DNA of 33,263 nucleotides from Erysipelotrichaceae bacterium. GTDB lineage: Bacteria; Bacillota_I; Bacilli_A; Erysipelotrichales; Erysipelotrichaceae. The notes beneath the pieces were generated by a model. It ran no database searches, was not told the origin of the DNA, and worked only from the letters and a program-made list of their open reading frames with translations. Positions within the stretch are counted from its first letter, which is position 1. Each line of letters starts with the position of its first letter. The stretch lies in NCBI GenBank assembly GCA_024709285.1, contig JANJWY010000046.1, forward strand, positions 1 to 33,263, given 5' to 3'. Both the position numbers and the translations under genes were made by a program. Below, piece by piece: positions 1 to 7,641 of the stretch.

Positions 1-224
1 AGGAATTCATCGTAAATGAAGGATTTGTTGAATTAGATTTGGCACATGCTTCCCAATATGTTCTTACTCCGGTTAAAATATCGATATTTAGTGATTTTGG
101 CATGGTACTGTTGGGGGTCATCGCATTGCTGTCAGCTTTGATGATCTTGGTGTTTATTATGATGTCGTTAAAAATCCGCACATTGAAACGTCGGATAAGC
201 CGAAAAAATGAAATTGCCGCTTAG
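1..224 (+). CDS. 3' end of an ORF that starts upstream of the window; C-terminal membrane anchor, function unknown
   Basis: The frame is open from nt 3 (EFIVNEGFVELDL...), so the tracked ORF 39..224 is probably only a tail. It has a hydrophobic stretch FGMVLLGVIALLSALMILVFIMM followed by a basic tail KIRTLKRRISRK. A terminator overlaps the stop. Confidence 0.5.
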   Translation, partial: EFIVNEGFVELDLAHASQYVLTPVKISIFSDFGMVLLGVIALLSALMILVFIMMSLKIRTLKRRISRKNEIAA

Positions 225-236
225 CGGCTTTTTTCT
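213..236 (+). terminator. Rho-independent terminator
   Basis: Stem GCCGC (216-220), loop TTA, stem GCGGC (224-228), followed by TTTTTT. Confidence 0.7.
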
Positions 237-265
237 TTGACGAATGAATGATTATTGTTTATGAT
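237..265 (+). promoter_or_regulatory. sigma-A type promoter for tex
   Basis: TTGACG (237-242), exactly 17 nt, then TATGAT (260-265). It lies inside the 5' extension of the tracked ORF, which argues for the ATG at 290 as the true start. Confidence 0.6.
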
Positions 266-289
266 GATATAGCTGAAAGGTGGATTCTT

Positions 290-2431
290 ATGGAACAACA
301 CTATCAATGGATTGCGAGTCAGCTGAATATCAGTGTCTTGCAGGTAAAAAGTACGCTTGACTTGCTTGAAGAGGGGAATACGGTCCCTTTTATAGCGCGA
401 TATCGCAAAGAAGCAACAAAAGGATTGGATGAAGAACAGATTCGTTCTATTTCCGAGCATTATCAATATCAGAAAAATCTGGCAAAACGAAAAGAAGATG
501 TTTTACGTCTGATTGCTCAGCAAGGCAAGATGACAGATGAAATTTTGGCTTCTGTCAATGGCTGTACGCAGCTTTCTGAAGTGGAGGATATTTATCGTCC
601 GTATCAGCAGAAACGCAAAACGAGGGCATCGGAAGCGATTGCCAATGGCTTGCAGGGTTTTGCGGATTGGATGATGAGTTTTCCTATGGAAGGCGAGGTC
701 AAAGAAAAGGCAAAAGAATATCTGAATGACAAAGTTGAGACTGTCATCGATGCGATTGCCGGTGCGCAGCACATTATTGCGGAAATCATAGCTGATGATC
801 CCGATCATCGGAAGATGATTCGTTATGCCATGTTAAAACAAGGGATGATCGTCAGTAAGTTCAAAAAAGGTGGAGTTGACGAACAACAGACCTATCGGAT
901 GTATTATGATTTCAGCGAACGCGTTTCAGCAATCGCGCCTCATCGGATCATGGCGATCAATCGAGGTGAGGAGGTAAAGGTTTTGAATGTGAGTCTTGTT
1001 TTTGAACAAGATATCATCATGGAGAAAATCATTGCCAAAGTAGTTAAAAACCGTAACAGTATTGCATCTTCCTATGTGATCGATGCCATCAAAGACGGTT
1101 GCAAGCGATTGGCATTTTCCCAATTGGAAAGAGAAATACGTAATCTGTTAAGTGAGAAAGCGCATGAACAGTCTATCGATGTATTTTCAAAGAATCTGGA
1201 ACGGCTGCTTGTCGTTCCGCCATTGAAAGATAAAATGATTCTGGGTGTCGATCCGGCGTATCGTACGGGATGCAAACTGGTCGTGATCGATCAGACCGGT
1301 AAAGTCTTGGATATTCGTGCCATTTATCCTCATCAGCCTGTCAACAAGCGCACAGAAGCCATGGATGAGTTATTGATGTTATGTAAGAAGTATCCCATCG
1401 ATATCATCGCTATCGGCAACGGAACTGCGTCTCGTGAAACAGAGACTCTGATCGCTGAGTTTATTGCTCAAAACAAACTGAATATAAGTTACACGATCGT
1501 TTCTGAAGCCGGCGCATCCGTATATTCTGCTTCTCCCTTAGCCAGAGCGGAATTTCCGGATTTACATGTTGAACAGCGTTCAGCAATTTCTATTGCCCGG
1601 CGAATTCTGGATCCTTTGGCAGAACTGATCAAAATCGATCCTCAATCAATCGGTGTCGGACAGTATCAGCACGATTTGCCGGTCAGCAGATTAAAAGAAC
1701 GCCTGGATTTCACTGTATCGAAAACAGTCAATCGCGTCGGTGTTGATTTAAATACGGCATCACAAGAATTACTTACTCATATTTCCGGTCTTAACAAAAC
1801 GATGGCCAAAAATATCGTCGAGTATCGTGATGAAAACGGCCGCTTCAAAGATCGCAGTCAATTATTGAAAGTGAAGGCAATCGGTGAGAAAGCATTTGTT
1901 CAGGCGGCCGGTTTCTTGAGAATCAAAGAAGGGAAGAATTGGCTCGATGAAACAGCAATTCACCCGGAAAGCTATCCTATCGTCGAGCAATTGATGAAAC
2001 AGCTGGAACTGCAAAATGCTTCGGAAGAACAACGTATATCAAAGCTTAAAAGTGTAAATATTACTCAAACGGCCAAAGCGCTTAACAGTGATGAATATAC
2101 GGTTTCGGATATCATTGCCACATTGTTATCGCCAAAACGTGATTATCGTGATCAATATGACGGACCATTATTGAGAAAGGATATTTTGACTCTCAATGAT
2201 CTGAAAGAAGGCATGAGGTTGGAAGGGGTCGTACGTAACATCGTCGACTTTGGCGTATTTGTTGACATCGGACTGAAAAACGACGGTCTTGTTCACATCT
2301 CAAAATTAAGTAATAATCGGGTGCGCCATCCTTTGGATATCGTATCAATCGGTGATATCGTTACGGTAACCGTTATTGGTATCGACTTTTTACGAAACAA
2401 AGTTCAGCTTTCGCTGATCAATGAACAATGA
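290..2431 (+). CDS. tex: Tex-like transcription accessory protein (YqgF/RuvC-like, HhH and C-terminal S1 domains)
   Basis: The N-terminus contains LLEEGNTVPFIARYRKEATKGLDEEQ, typical of Tex. The C-terminus has an S1 motif (GVVRNIVDFGVFVDIGLKNDGLVHISKL). GAAAGG RBS at 275-280 precedes the ATG at 290; the track start 248 sits within the promoter. Confidence 0.9.
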   Translation: MEQHYQWIASQLNISVLQVKSTLDLLEEGNTVPFIARYRKEATKGLDEEQIRSISEHYQYQKNLAKRKEDVLRLIAQQGKMTDEILASVNGCTQLSEVEDIYRPYQQKRKTRASEAIANGLQGFADWMMSFPMEGEVKEKAKEYLNDKVETVIDAIAGAQHIIAEIIADDPDHRKMIRYAMLKQGMIVSKFKKGGVDEQQTYRMYYDFSERVSAIAPHRIMAINRGEEVKVLNVSLVFEQDIIMEKIIAKVVKNRNSIASSYVIDAIKDGCKRLAFSQLEREIRNLLSEKAHEQSIDVFSKNLERLLVVPPLKDKMILGVDPAYRTGCKLVVIDQTGKVLDIRAIYPHQPVNKRTEAMDELLMLCKKYPIDIIAIGNGTASRETETLIAEFIAQNKLNISYTIVSEAGASVYSASPLARAEFPDLHVEQRSAISIARRILDPLAELIKIDPQSIGVGQYQHDLPVSRLKERLDFTVSKTVNRVGVDLNTASQELLTHISGLNKTMAKNIVEYRDENGRFKDRSQLLKVKAIGEKAFVQAAGFLRIKEGKNWLDETAIHPESYPIVEQLMKQLELQNASEEQRISKLKSVNITQTAKALNSDEYTVSDIIATLLSPKRDYRDQYDGPLLRKDILTLNDLKEGMRLEGVVRNIVDFGVFVDIGLKNDGLVHISKLSNNRVRHPLDIVSIGDIVTVTVIGIDFLRNKVQLSLINEQ

Positions 2432-2961
2432 ACGAACGTTTAAACAACATTTTTGCCTTATCTGGCACAGAAAATTTAAGGATAAGAAGGGCTGAAAACG
2501 CGGACATTCAAATCTTACAGGGAATTTGTGATGCTTGGATTGAAAAAGGGTTCTTTGAGGGGGATACTTTGCCGTGTGACTATGTTGAACAGTGTTTGAA
2601 AGCTGGTGATTTACCACCCATCAGCAATGCAGATAAAGAAAACTATGCTCTGTTCGCTGTTGAAAATGATGATAAAATCATTGGACTGTTTGATCTTTAT
2701 GATGGCTATCCCGAAGTGAATTCTGCTTGGATCAGTTTGTTTTTATTGGACATTGAATACAGAAGCAGAGGCATAGGTAAAAGACTGATTCGAGTGATAG
2801 CAGATGAATGTCGCAAAACCGGATTTAAATCACTAGGACTGGCTGTTTCCATGAATAACCGCATTGCTTTAAAATTCTGGGTCAACTCTGACTTTAAGGA
2901 AATTTCAGGGATTTACGGAGATTTGAAATATCCTGTCATGGGTTTAAAGATGAAACTATAA
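2428..2961 (+). CDS. GNAT family N-acetyltransferase
   Basis: The acetyl-CoA binding motif YRSRGIGKRLI (R-x-x-G-x-G) sits in a 177-aa protein. An ATGA start/stop overlap with tex suggests translational coupling. Confidence 0.75.
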   Translation: MNERLNNIFALSGTENLRIRRAENADIQILQGICDAWIEKGFFEGDTLPCDYVEQCLKAGDLPPISNADKENYALFAVENDDKIIGLFDLYDGYPEVNSAWISLFLLDIEYRSRGIGKRLIRVIADECRKTGFKSLGLAVSMNNRIALKFWVNSDFKEISGIYGDLKYPVMGLKMKL

Positions 2962-2987
2962 AACAGCACATACGTGCTGTTTTTTTA
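2960..2987. terminator. Rho-independent terminator, probably bidirectional between convergent genes
   Basis: Stem ACAGCAC, loop ATAC, stem GTGCTGT. It is flanked by AAA upstream and TTTTTTT downstream. Confidence 0.7.
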
Positions 2988-3015
2988 ATTATATCTCACC
3001 TTTAGAATGACTTTG

Positions 3016-3444
3016 TTATAGCTGATTCCTTAATTTCTTATATGTGTAGATACCGTGAATTCCGATAATGACTGTAAGTACATCGAAGATGATTATGCTG
3101 GCAAAAACGATGATTAAAGGCCATCCGGTTGCAGGAGTACTGCCATCCGCAATACCGGTCACCACAGCGACATACTGTCCGCCTACAAACATAACTACCA
3201 GCAATATGGCCATCGAGCAGATTCTCTTCTTGTAAATATTGGTTTTACAGGCAATCAGGGTCAGTATTCCGGTTCCTGCCAAAACGATCGGAAATATTTC
3301 CAAGGGGATCAGAAAGTCGATAATAAGCTTGCCTTCTTTGATTAAGTGAAATATTGAAAGAATCAACATAAAGACGATCGGTGCCAGAAGTAAAAATGTG
3401 CCAAGTAGCGTCGCAATCCGTAATGCCTGTTCTTTGAATTTCAT
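3016..3444 (-). CDS. Polytopic membrane protein (about 4 TM segments), function unknown
   Basis: Four long hydrophobic segments. I moved the start to the internal ATG (MKFKEQ...) because GGAGGA lies 7 nt upstream of it; the track start 3459 overlaps that RBS. Confidence 0.6.
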   Translation of the reverse strand: MKFKEQALRIATLLGTFLLLAPIVFMLILSIFHLIKEGKLIIDFLIPLEIFPIVLAGTGILTLIACKTNIYKKRICSMAILLVVMFVGGQYVAVVTGIADGSTPATGWPLIIVFASIIIFDVLTVIIGIHGIYTYKKLRNQL

Positions 3445-3591
3445 TTTTTGTTCCTCCATTGTTATTTGCTTCTACAAACAGAGGGTACTTACTTCTATCA
3501 TATATATTATAGCACTTTTTTTCACAAATCATAAAGTTCTTCACTGATGGTTTTGTGTATTGCTTACTATTCTCTAAATCATTCAAATGTA

Positions 3592-3600
3592 TGGTATAAT
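3592..3600 (+). promoter_or_regulatory. Extended -10 promoter element for the 51-aa small ORF
   Basis: TGgTATAAT at 3592-3600. There is no good -35. Confidence 0.4.
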
Positions 3601-3690
3601 ATTAATGCAGTGATTCTCATGAAACACAATCATGAAAAAGAAAACGATTCGATATGAATCTGTTTTGATTCTCTAAAAGGAGGAGATAAA

Positions 3691-3846
3691 ATGAAGTTTA
3701 AAGGAAATCTTGGAATGACTCTATTGGCTGCCTGGCTTATAATTACCGGTGTCAATGCGTTAGTCGACCTGTCGATCCCATCATTTGGTGTCATTATGGG
3801 TGCATTGGCCATCGCATCCGGAATCTTGCTGATCATGCGCAAATAA
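3691..3846 (+). CDS. Small two-TM membrane protein, 51 aa (below the ORF-track length cutoff)
   Basis: AAAGGAGGAG RBS at 3677-3686, then ATG at 3691. Translation: MKFKGNLGMTLLAAWLIITGVNALVDLSIPSFGVIMGALAIASGILLIMRK. TAA at 3844-3846 is followed immediately by a terminator hairpin. Confidence 0.6.
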   Translation: MKFKGNLGMTLLAAWLIITGVNALVDLSIPSFGVIMGALAIASGILLIMRK

Positions 3847-3871
3847 AAGCCGGGGAATACCCCGACTTTTT
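3845..3871. terminator. Bidirectional Rho-independent terminator shared by the convergent small ORF and SRAP gene
   Basis: AAAAGCCGGGG, loop AATA, CCCCGACTTTT. There is one mismatch. The A-tract and T-tract flank the stem on either side. Confidence 0.6.
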
Positions 3872-3872
3872 A

Positions 3873-4445
3873 CTAGAACAGACGTTGCTGAATCCGCATG
3901 GAAGAAATATCGAAATTCCACTTACGCGGCATCAGCACGGCATTATTTTCTATATTGAAACTTAAGTAAGGATCGATTTCCTGTTTTTTAAGAAAAACCG
4001 GCTGACGATTATGGATAGCTTCAAAATCCGACTGTGCAGCCTGAGTCAATATGGCAAACATCGACTGATTATCCTTTATCTGATATATGCCAGCCATGTA
4101 TTGAACGGATTGATCTTTTAAGCGCACCAGATAGCGCTCTTTATGTTGATTCCACTCATAAAATCCGGATGCCAAGACGATGCAACGGTACTGCTCAAAA
4201 GAGGACTTGAAGAAAGGGCTGCTCGAAACAGTTTCCTGACGGGCATTAATGATCCGTCCTTTATCATCCCATTTGATAAATCCCCACTGCATCCCGGTCG
4301 TTACCAGGGATTCTTTTTTTATGATCACCAGTGAAGACTGAGTAGGGAAGACCTCTTTGGTCGAAAATTTTGTGCCCGGCTCTGCCTTGGCGACCCACTC
4401 TTGCATCTCCTCATCTTTTTCAACAAATAAATAACGTCCGCACAT
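3873..4445 (-). CDS. SOS response-associated peptidase (SRAP / YedK / DUF159 family, abasic-site crosslinking)
   Basis: Starts MCGRY from the ATG at 4445, with a GGGAG RBS 7 nt upstream; the track TTG start would bury the catalytic Cys2. The family motifs are all present: INARQET, GFYEW, IHNRQPV. Confidence 0.85.
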   Translation of the reverse strand: MCGRYLFVEKDEEMQEWVAKAEPGTKFSTKEVFPTQSSLVIIKKESLVTTGMQWGFIKWDDKGRIINARQETVSSSPFFKSSFEQYRCIVLASGFYEWNQHKERYLVRLKDQSVQYMAGIYQIKDNQSMFAILTQAAQSDFEAIHNRQPVFLKKQEIDPYLSFNIENNAVLMPRKWNFDISSMRIQQRLF

Positions 4446-4447
4446 CT

Positions 4448-4687
4448 TCAATCTCCCTTCTCGATAAACCAGCGATCATCCTCAAGAAACAAATACCGGC
4501 TTACTCCTTGAATGATACACGTATACCGGACACCGGCCCCGCCGGCCTTCAGTGAAGCTGCCAAAGTCACCTGAGTAACCTTATCTATAGCATATTTTAC
4601 ACCATTTTTCCAAATGATGACCAACGGTTTGATTTTTCCGTCCGCCTGATGGTGCACGATCACATCTACATACATTTTACCTGCCAT
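4448..4687 (-). CDS. 79-aa protein of unknown function, translationally coupled between the Y-family polymerase and SRAP
   Basis: Both junctions have stop, AG, then ATG: TAG-AG-ATG after the polymerase and TGA-AG-ATG before SRAP. I recognised no domain. Confidence 0.55.
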   Translation of the reverse strand: MAGKMYVDVIVHHQADGKIKPLVIIWKNGVKYAIDKVTQVTLAASLKAGGAGVRYTCIIQGVSRYLFLEDDRWFIEKGD

Positions 4688-4689
4688 CT

Positions 4690-5943
4690 CTATTCACCCG
4701 CCTTAAAATAACCCTCCGGAAAGATGACATGCTCTCCCTTGGGATTAAACCCGCTCAATAACGTATCTGACTTCATACAACCCCGCTGAATCCGATAAAA
4801 ACCAAACCGCTGACGTACCTGATCAAACGCCTTATCAATGGCCGACTCACGCTCGCGCAAGGCCTGATCAGTAAAAAATGACAGCTGAACAGCACTGCTT
4901 CCGACACTCAAGTCACTGGCCTTGATACCGATGCTGCGCAACGGCTTAGAAAAATCAATGTTCTCGCGAAACAGCCGCATGGCACTCTGAGCGATCTCAC
5001 GGCTGATATCTGTGGGATACTCCAGTTTGCACTGCCGGGTGAAATGCTCAAGCTCATTGTCCCTGACATACACCGTCACCGTCGAACACTTAAACTGATG
5101 ATCCCGCAACCGGGCCGCCACACTCTCCGCAAGGACATGAGTAATGATACCGATATCCTGCCAAGTGGTCAAATCGCGCGGAGCCGTCGTGCTGTTACCG
5201 ATGGATTTGACATAGGGCTCATACAACTGCGGCAATACCGGACTGTGCTCCTCACCATTGGCAAAAATCCATATATATTCGCCCCATTTGCCCAACCGCC
5301 GCTTTAAAAATGCCAAATCGGCATTCGCCAGATCACCGATGGTATAAATCCCGTAACGATGGAGTTTTTTAGTCGTTGCATAACCCACATACAATAAATC
5401 ACTGACCGGTAAAGGGAAAACGATGTCTTTCATATTTTCACGTGTGATGACTGTCGTCGCATCCGGCTTTTTGTAATCCGAACCCAGCTTGGCAAACACC
5501 TTGTTAAAACTGACACCGACCGAAGCGGTGATCCCCAACTCCTGACGGATCGTCTGCCGGATCTCATCCGCAATTTTCTTGCCATCCCCAAACAAATGCA
5601 CGCTGCCCGTCACATCCAGCCAAGCCTCATCAATCCCGAAAGACTCGATGCGATCGGTGTAACGGGAAAAAATATCCCTCACCTTCTGTGAAAAACGCAT
5701 ATAGAGACTGAAGCGGGGAGGAACGACGATCAATCCCGGACATTTGGACATGGCCTGCCAAATCGCTTCACCGGTTTTGATATCATACTTCTTTGCCGGC
5801 TGATTTTTTGCTAAAATGATACCGTGACGTTTTTCGATGTCACCGCCCACCGCCATCGGCACATTGCGCAGAGAAGGATTGTAAAGACATTCCACCGAGG
5901 CATAAAAACTATTCAAGTCACAATGCAAAATGACTCGTTCCAT
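4690..5943 (-). CDS. Y-family (UmuC/DinB/PolY-like) translesion DNA polymerase
   Basis: MERVILHCDLNSFYASVECL...AVGGD...IDEAWLDVTG are classic Y-family palm motifs. AAGGAG RBS lies 8 nt before the ATG at 5943; the track start 5952 is upstream of that RBS spacing. Confidence 0.9.
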   Translation of the reverse strand: MERVILHCDLNSFYASVECLYNPSLRNVPMAVGGDIEKRHGIILAKNQPAKKYDIKTGEAIWQAMSKCPGLIVVPPRFSLYMRFSQKVRDIFSRYTDRIESFGIDEAWLDVTGSVHLFGDGKKIADEIRQTIRQELGITASVGVSFNKVFAKLGSDYKKPDATTVITRENMKDIVFPLPVSDLLYVGYATTKKLHRYGIYTIGDLANADLAFLKRRLGKWGEYIWIFANGEEHSPVLPQLYEPYVKSIGNSTTAPRDLTTWQDIGIITHVLAESVAARLRDHQFKCSTVTVYVRDNELEHFTRQCKLEYPTDISREIAQSAMRLFRENIDFSKPLRSIGIKASDLSVGSSAVQLSFFTDQALRERESAIDKAFDQVRQRFGFYRIQRGCMKSDTLLSGFNPKGEHVIFPEGYFKAGE

Positions 5944-5963
5944 ACATATCACTCCTTACCTAT

Positions 5964-5992
5964 ATTTTACTTGAAAATAATTCAAGTAGCAA
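5964..5992 (-). promoter_or_regulatory. sigma-A type promoter of the polymerase operon
   Basis: On the minus strand: TTGCTA (5992-5987), 17 nt, TAAAAT (5969-5964). Confidence 0.5.
5968..5988. promoter_or_regulatory. Palindromic operator 1 (TACTTGAA-N5-TTCAAGTA)
   Basis: It has perfect 8-bp inverted arms. It fills the spacer of the minus-strand promoter and touches both hexamers. Confidence 0.55.
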
Positions 5993-5996
5993 TAAA

Positions 5997-6017
5997 TACT
6001 TGAAAAATATTCAAGTA
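5997..6017. promoter_or_regulatory. Palindromic operator 2 (TACTTGAA-N5-TTCAAGTA)
   Basis: It has the same 8-bp arms as operator 1, centred 29 bp away. It covers the -35 and spacer of the repressor promoter. Confidence 0.55.
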
Positions 6018-6028
6018 ATTGCTATGAT
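6000..6028 (+). promoter_or_regulatory. sigma-A type promoter of the XRE/S24 repressor gene
   Basis: TTGAAA (6000-6005), 17 nt, TATGAT (6023-6028). Confidence 0.55.
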
Positions 6029-6044
6029 ATAGTCGGGTGATACT

Positions 6045-6641
6045 ATGACACTAAAAGACCGTCTGAGACAGCTCCGTAAAAAAGCCGGTTATTCCCAGGA
6101 AGAGCTGGCCAAGCGCTTTGGCTATAAGTCGTTTACAACGATTCAAAAATGGGAAGACGGCACTTCGACACCGCCGATGTCCGTTTTGCAACAGTTGGCC
6201 GCATTGTATCATGTTTCTTTTCAGCAGCTGCTGGGAGAAAATGATACGCTGGTATCCATTCCGGTCTTGGGTGTGGTCCGGGGCGGATTGCCAATCGATG
6301 CTTACGAACAGGAAATTGACAGTTATCCGACCGCAGTCGATGAACCGGGAGAGTACTTCTATTTGCGCGTTGTCGGTGATTCGATGATCAATGCCCGGAT
6401 TTTCGAAGGGGATGATGTTTTTGTCCGACGCCAGTCATCCGTTGCGCAAGGCGATATTGCTGTCATCATGATTGAGGACGAAGCAACCCTCAAGCGGGTG
6501 TATTTCAAAGAGAATCAGCTGATTTTGCAACCGGAAAACGATAAATATGAGCCAATGACCTTTACGCCTGAGCAAATTGAGCAAAAACGTATCATGATCA
6601 TCGGTAAAGTATTGCACAACCGCATATCATTTACAAAATAG
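6045..6641 (+). CDS. LexA-like autoproteolytic repressor with XRE-type HTH plus S24 peptidase domain (HdiR / phage-CI architecture)
   Basis: The N-terminus LRKKAGYSQEELAKRFGYKSFTTIQKWEDG is an HTH_3-type motif. The C-terminus has GDSM (Ser113) and LKRV (Lys150), 37 residues apart as in the LexA Ser/Lys dyad. Confidence 0.85.
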   Translation: MTLKDRLRQLRKKAGYSQEELAKRFGYKSFTTIQKWEDGTSTPPMSVLQQLAALYHVSFQQLLGENDTLVSIPVLGVVRGGLPIDAYEQEIDSYPTAVDEPGEYFYLRVVGDSMINARIFEGDDVFVRRQSSVAQGDIAVIMIEDEATLKRVYFKENQLILQPENDKYEPMTFTPEQIEQKRIMIIGKVLHNRISFTK

Positions 6642-6651
6642 GAGATATAAA

Positions 6652-7515
6652 ATGACACTTGATCAGATTATGGAGATGTCCAAAGAAATTTTTGAGCAGG
6701 GAATCGTCGGATTTGCTATTGCATTGCTTTCGATTTCCATCATGACGTTTATTGCAATCAAAGCCGGCAAGCGCTTTTTTGCTTCACTTCAAAAACGCAA
6801 CCGGATTGATGAAACGACTCGGCGCTTCTCATTTCGGCTTTTTTCGGTATTTATCTATACATTTGCCATTTTTGGTATAGTGACTCAGATCATTCCTTTA
6901 AAGAGTACGGCACTTTCACTTTTGGCAGGTTCCGGGATCGCCGTTCTTTTTATCGGTTTTGCTGCCCAGGAAGCATTTTCAAATATCATTGCCGGGTTCT
7001 TCATTTCGTTTTTTCGGCCTTTTTCTGTCGGTGATTTAGTTACTTTGCCGGGGCAGAACATTACCGGCAGAGTTGAGGATATCAATTTGCGGCACACGGT
7101 TTTACGTACCTTTGAGAATAATCGCATCATCATTCCGAATGCGACGATGAATAAATCGGTATTGGAGAACAAAGATACAGTCGAAAAAAGAGTGTGTAAT
7201 TTCCTTGTGCTGTCGATCAGTTATGATTCGGATGTGGATAAAGCGAAAGACATCATCGTTGAGGAAGCCCTTGCTCACGAGAAACTGATCGATGTCCGCA
7301 GCGAAGAAGATATTCAAAATAACATACCTCAGGTTAATCCGGTATTATTTTCGCTGAATAATTCGAGTGTCGATTTAAGGGTTGGATTGTGGACAAAAGA
7401 TTCATCCGACGGATATTTTATGCTCGGTGATCTACGCGATTCAATCAAGAAAAGATTTGATAAAGAGGGTATCGAGATTCCTTATCCTTATCAAAATGTG
7501 GTTATCAGAAAATAA
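6652..7515 (+). CDS. MscS-family small-conductance mechanosensitive channel
   Basis: There are three N-terminal TM segments, then the pore/beta-domain signature GFAAQEAFSNIIAGFFISFFRPFSVGDLV...GRVEDINLRHTVLRT. Confidence 0.85.
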   Translation: MTLDQIMEMSKEIFEQGIVGFAIALLSISIMTFIAIKAGKRFFASLQKRNRIDETTRRFSFRLFSVFIYTFAIFGIVTQIIPLKSTALSLLAGSGIAVLFIGFAAQEAFSNIIAGFFISFFRPFSVGDLVTLPGQNITGRVEDINLRHTVLRTFENNRIIIPNATMNKSVLENKDTVEKRVCNFLVLSISYDSDVDKAKDIIVEEALAHEKLIDVRSEEDIQNNIPQVNPVLFSLNNSSVDLRVGLWTKDSSDGYFMLGDLRDSIKKRFDKEGIEIPYPYQNVVIRK

Positions 7516-7523
7516 TCTGAATC

Positions 7524-7561
7524 AAGACCGAACCCATGTACTTAAGGTTTCGGTCTTTTTC
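7524..7561 (+). terminator. Rho-independent terminator
   Basis: AAGACCGAACC pairs with GGTTTCGGTCTT with one bulge, followed by a T-run. Confidence 0.65.
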
Positions 7562-7641
7562 TTGGGTAGGGTATTTTTGTTGAGGTTTATTTTTGCATGG
7601 CGATAAGGTATAATATCTTATTGTAGAACGGAGGAATCTCC

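Noticed and set aside
248-289. The 5' extension of the tex ORF (track start 248).
   Set aside because: It overlaps a near-consensus promoter (TTGACG-17-TATGAT at 237-265). The ATG at 290 has an RBS and matches the usual Tex N-terminus.
3619-3657. A 12-codon upstream ORF (MKHNHEKENDSI) in the leader of the 51-aa small ORF.
   Set aside because: It has no RBS and is probably a chance ORF.
3245-3842. Minus-strand ORFs 3245..3586 and 3630..3842.
   Set aside because: The first runs out of frame through the 142-aa membrane gene and its promoter region. The second is the antisense shadow of the well-signalled 51-aa small ORF.
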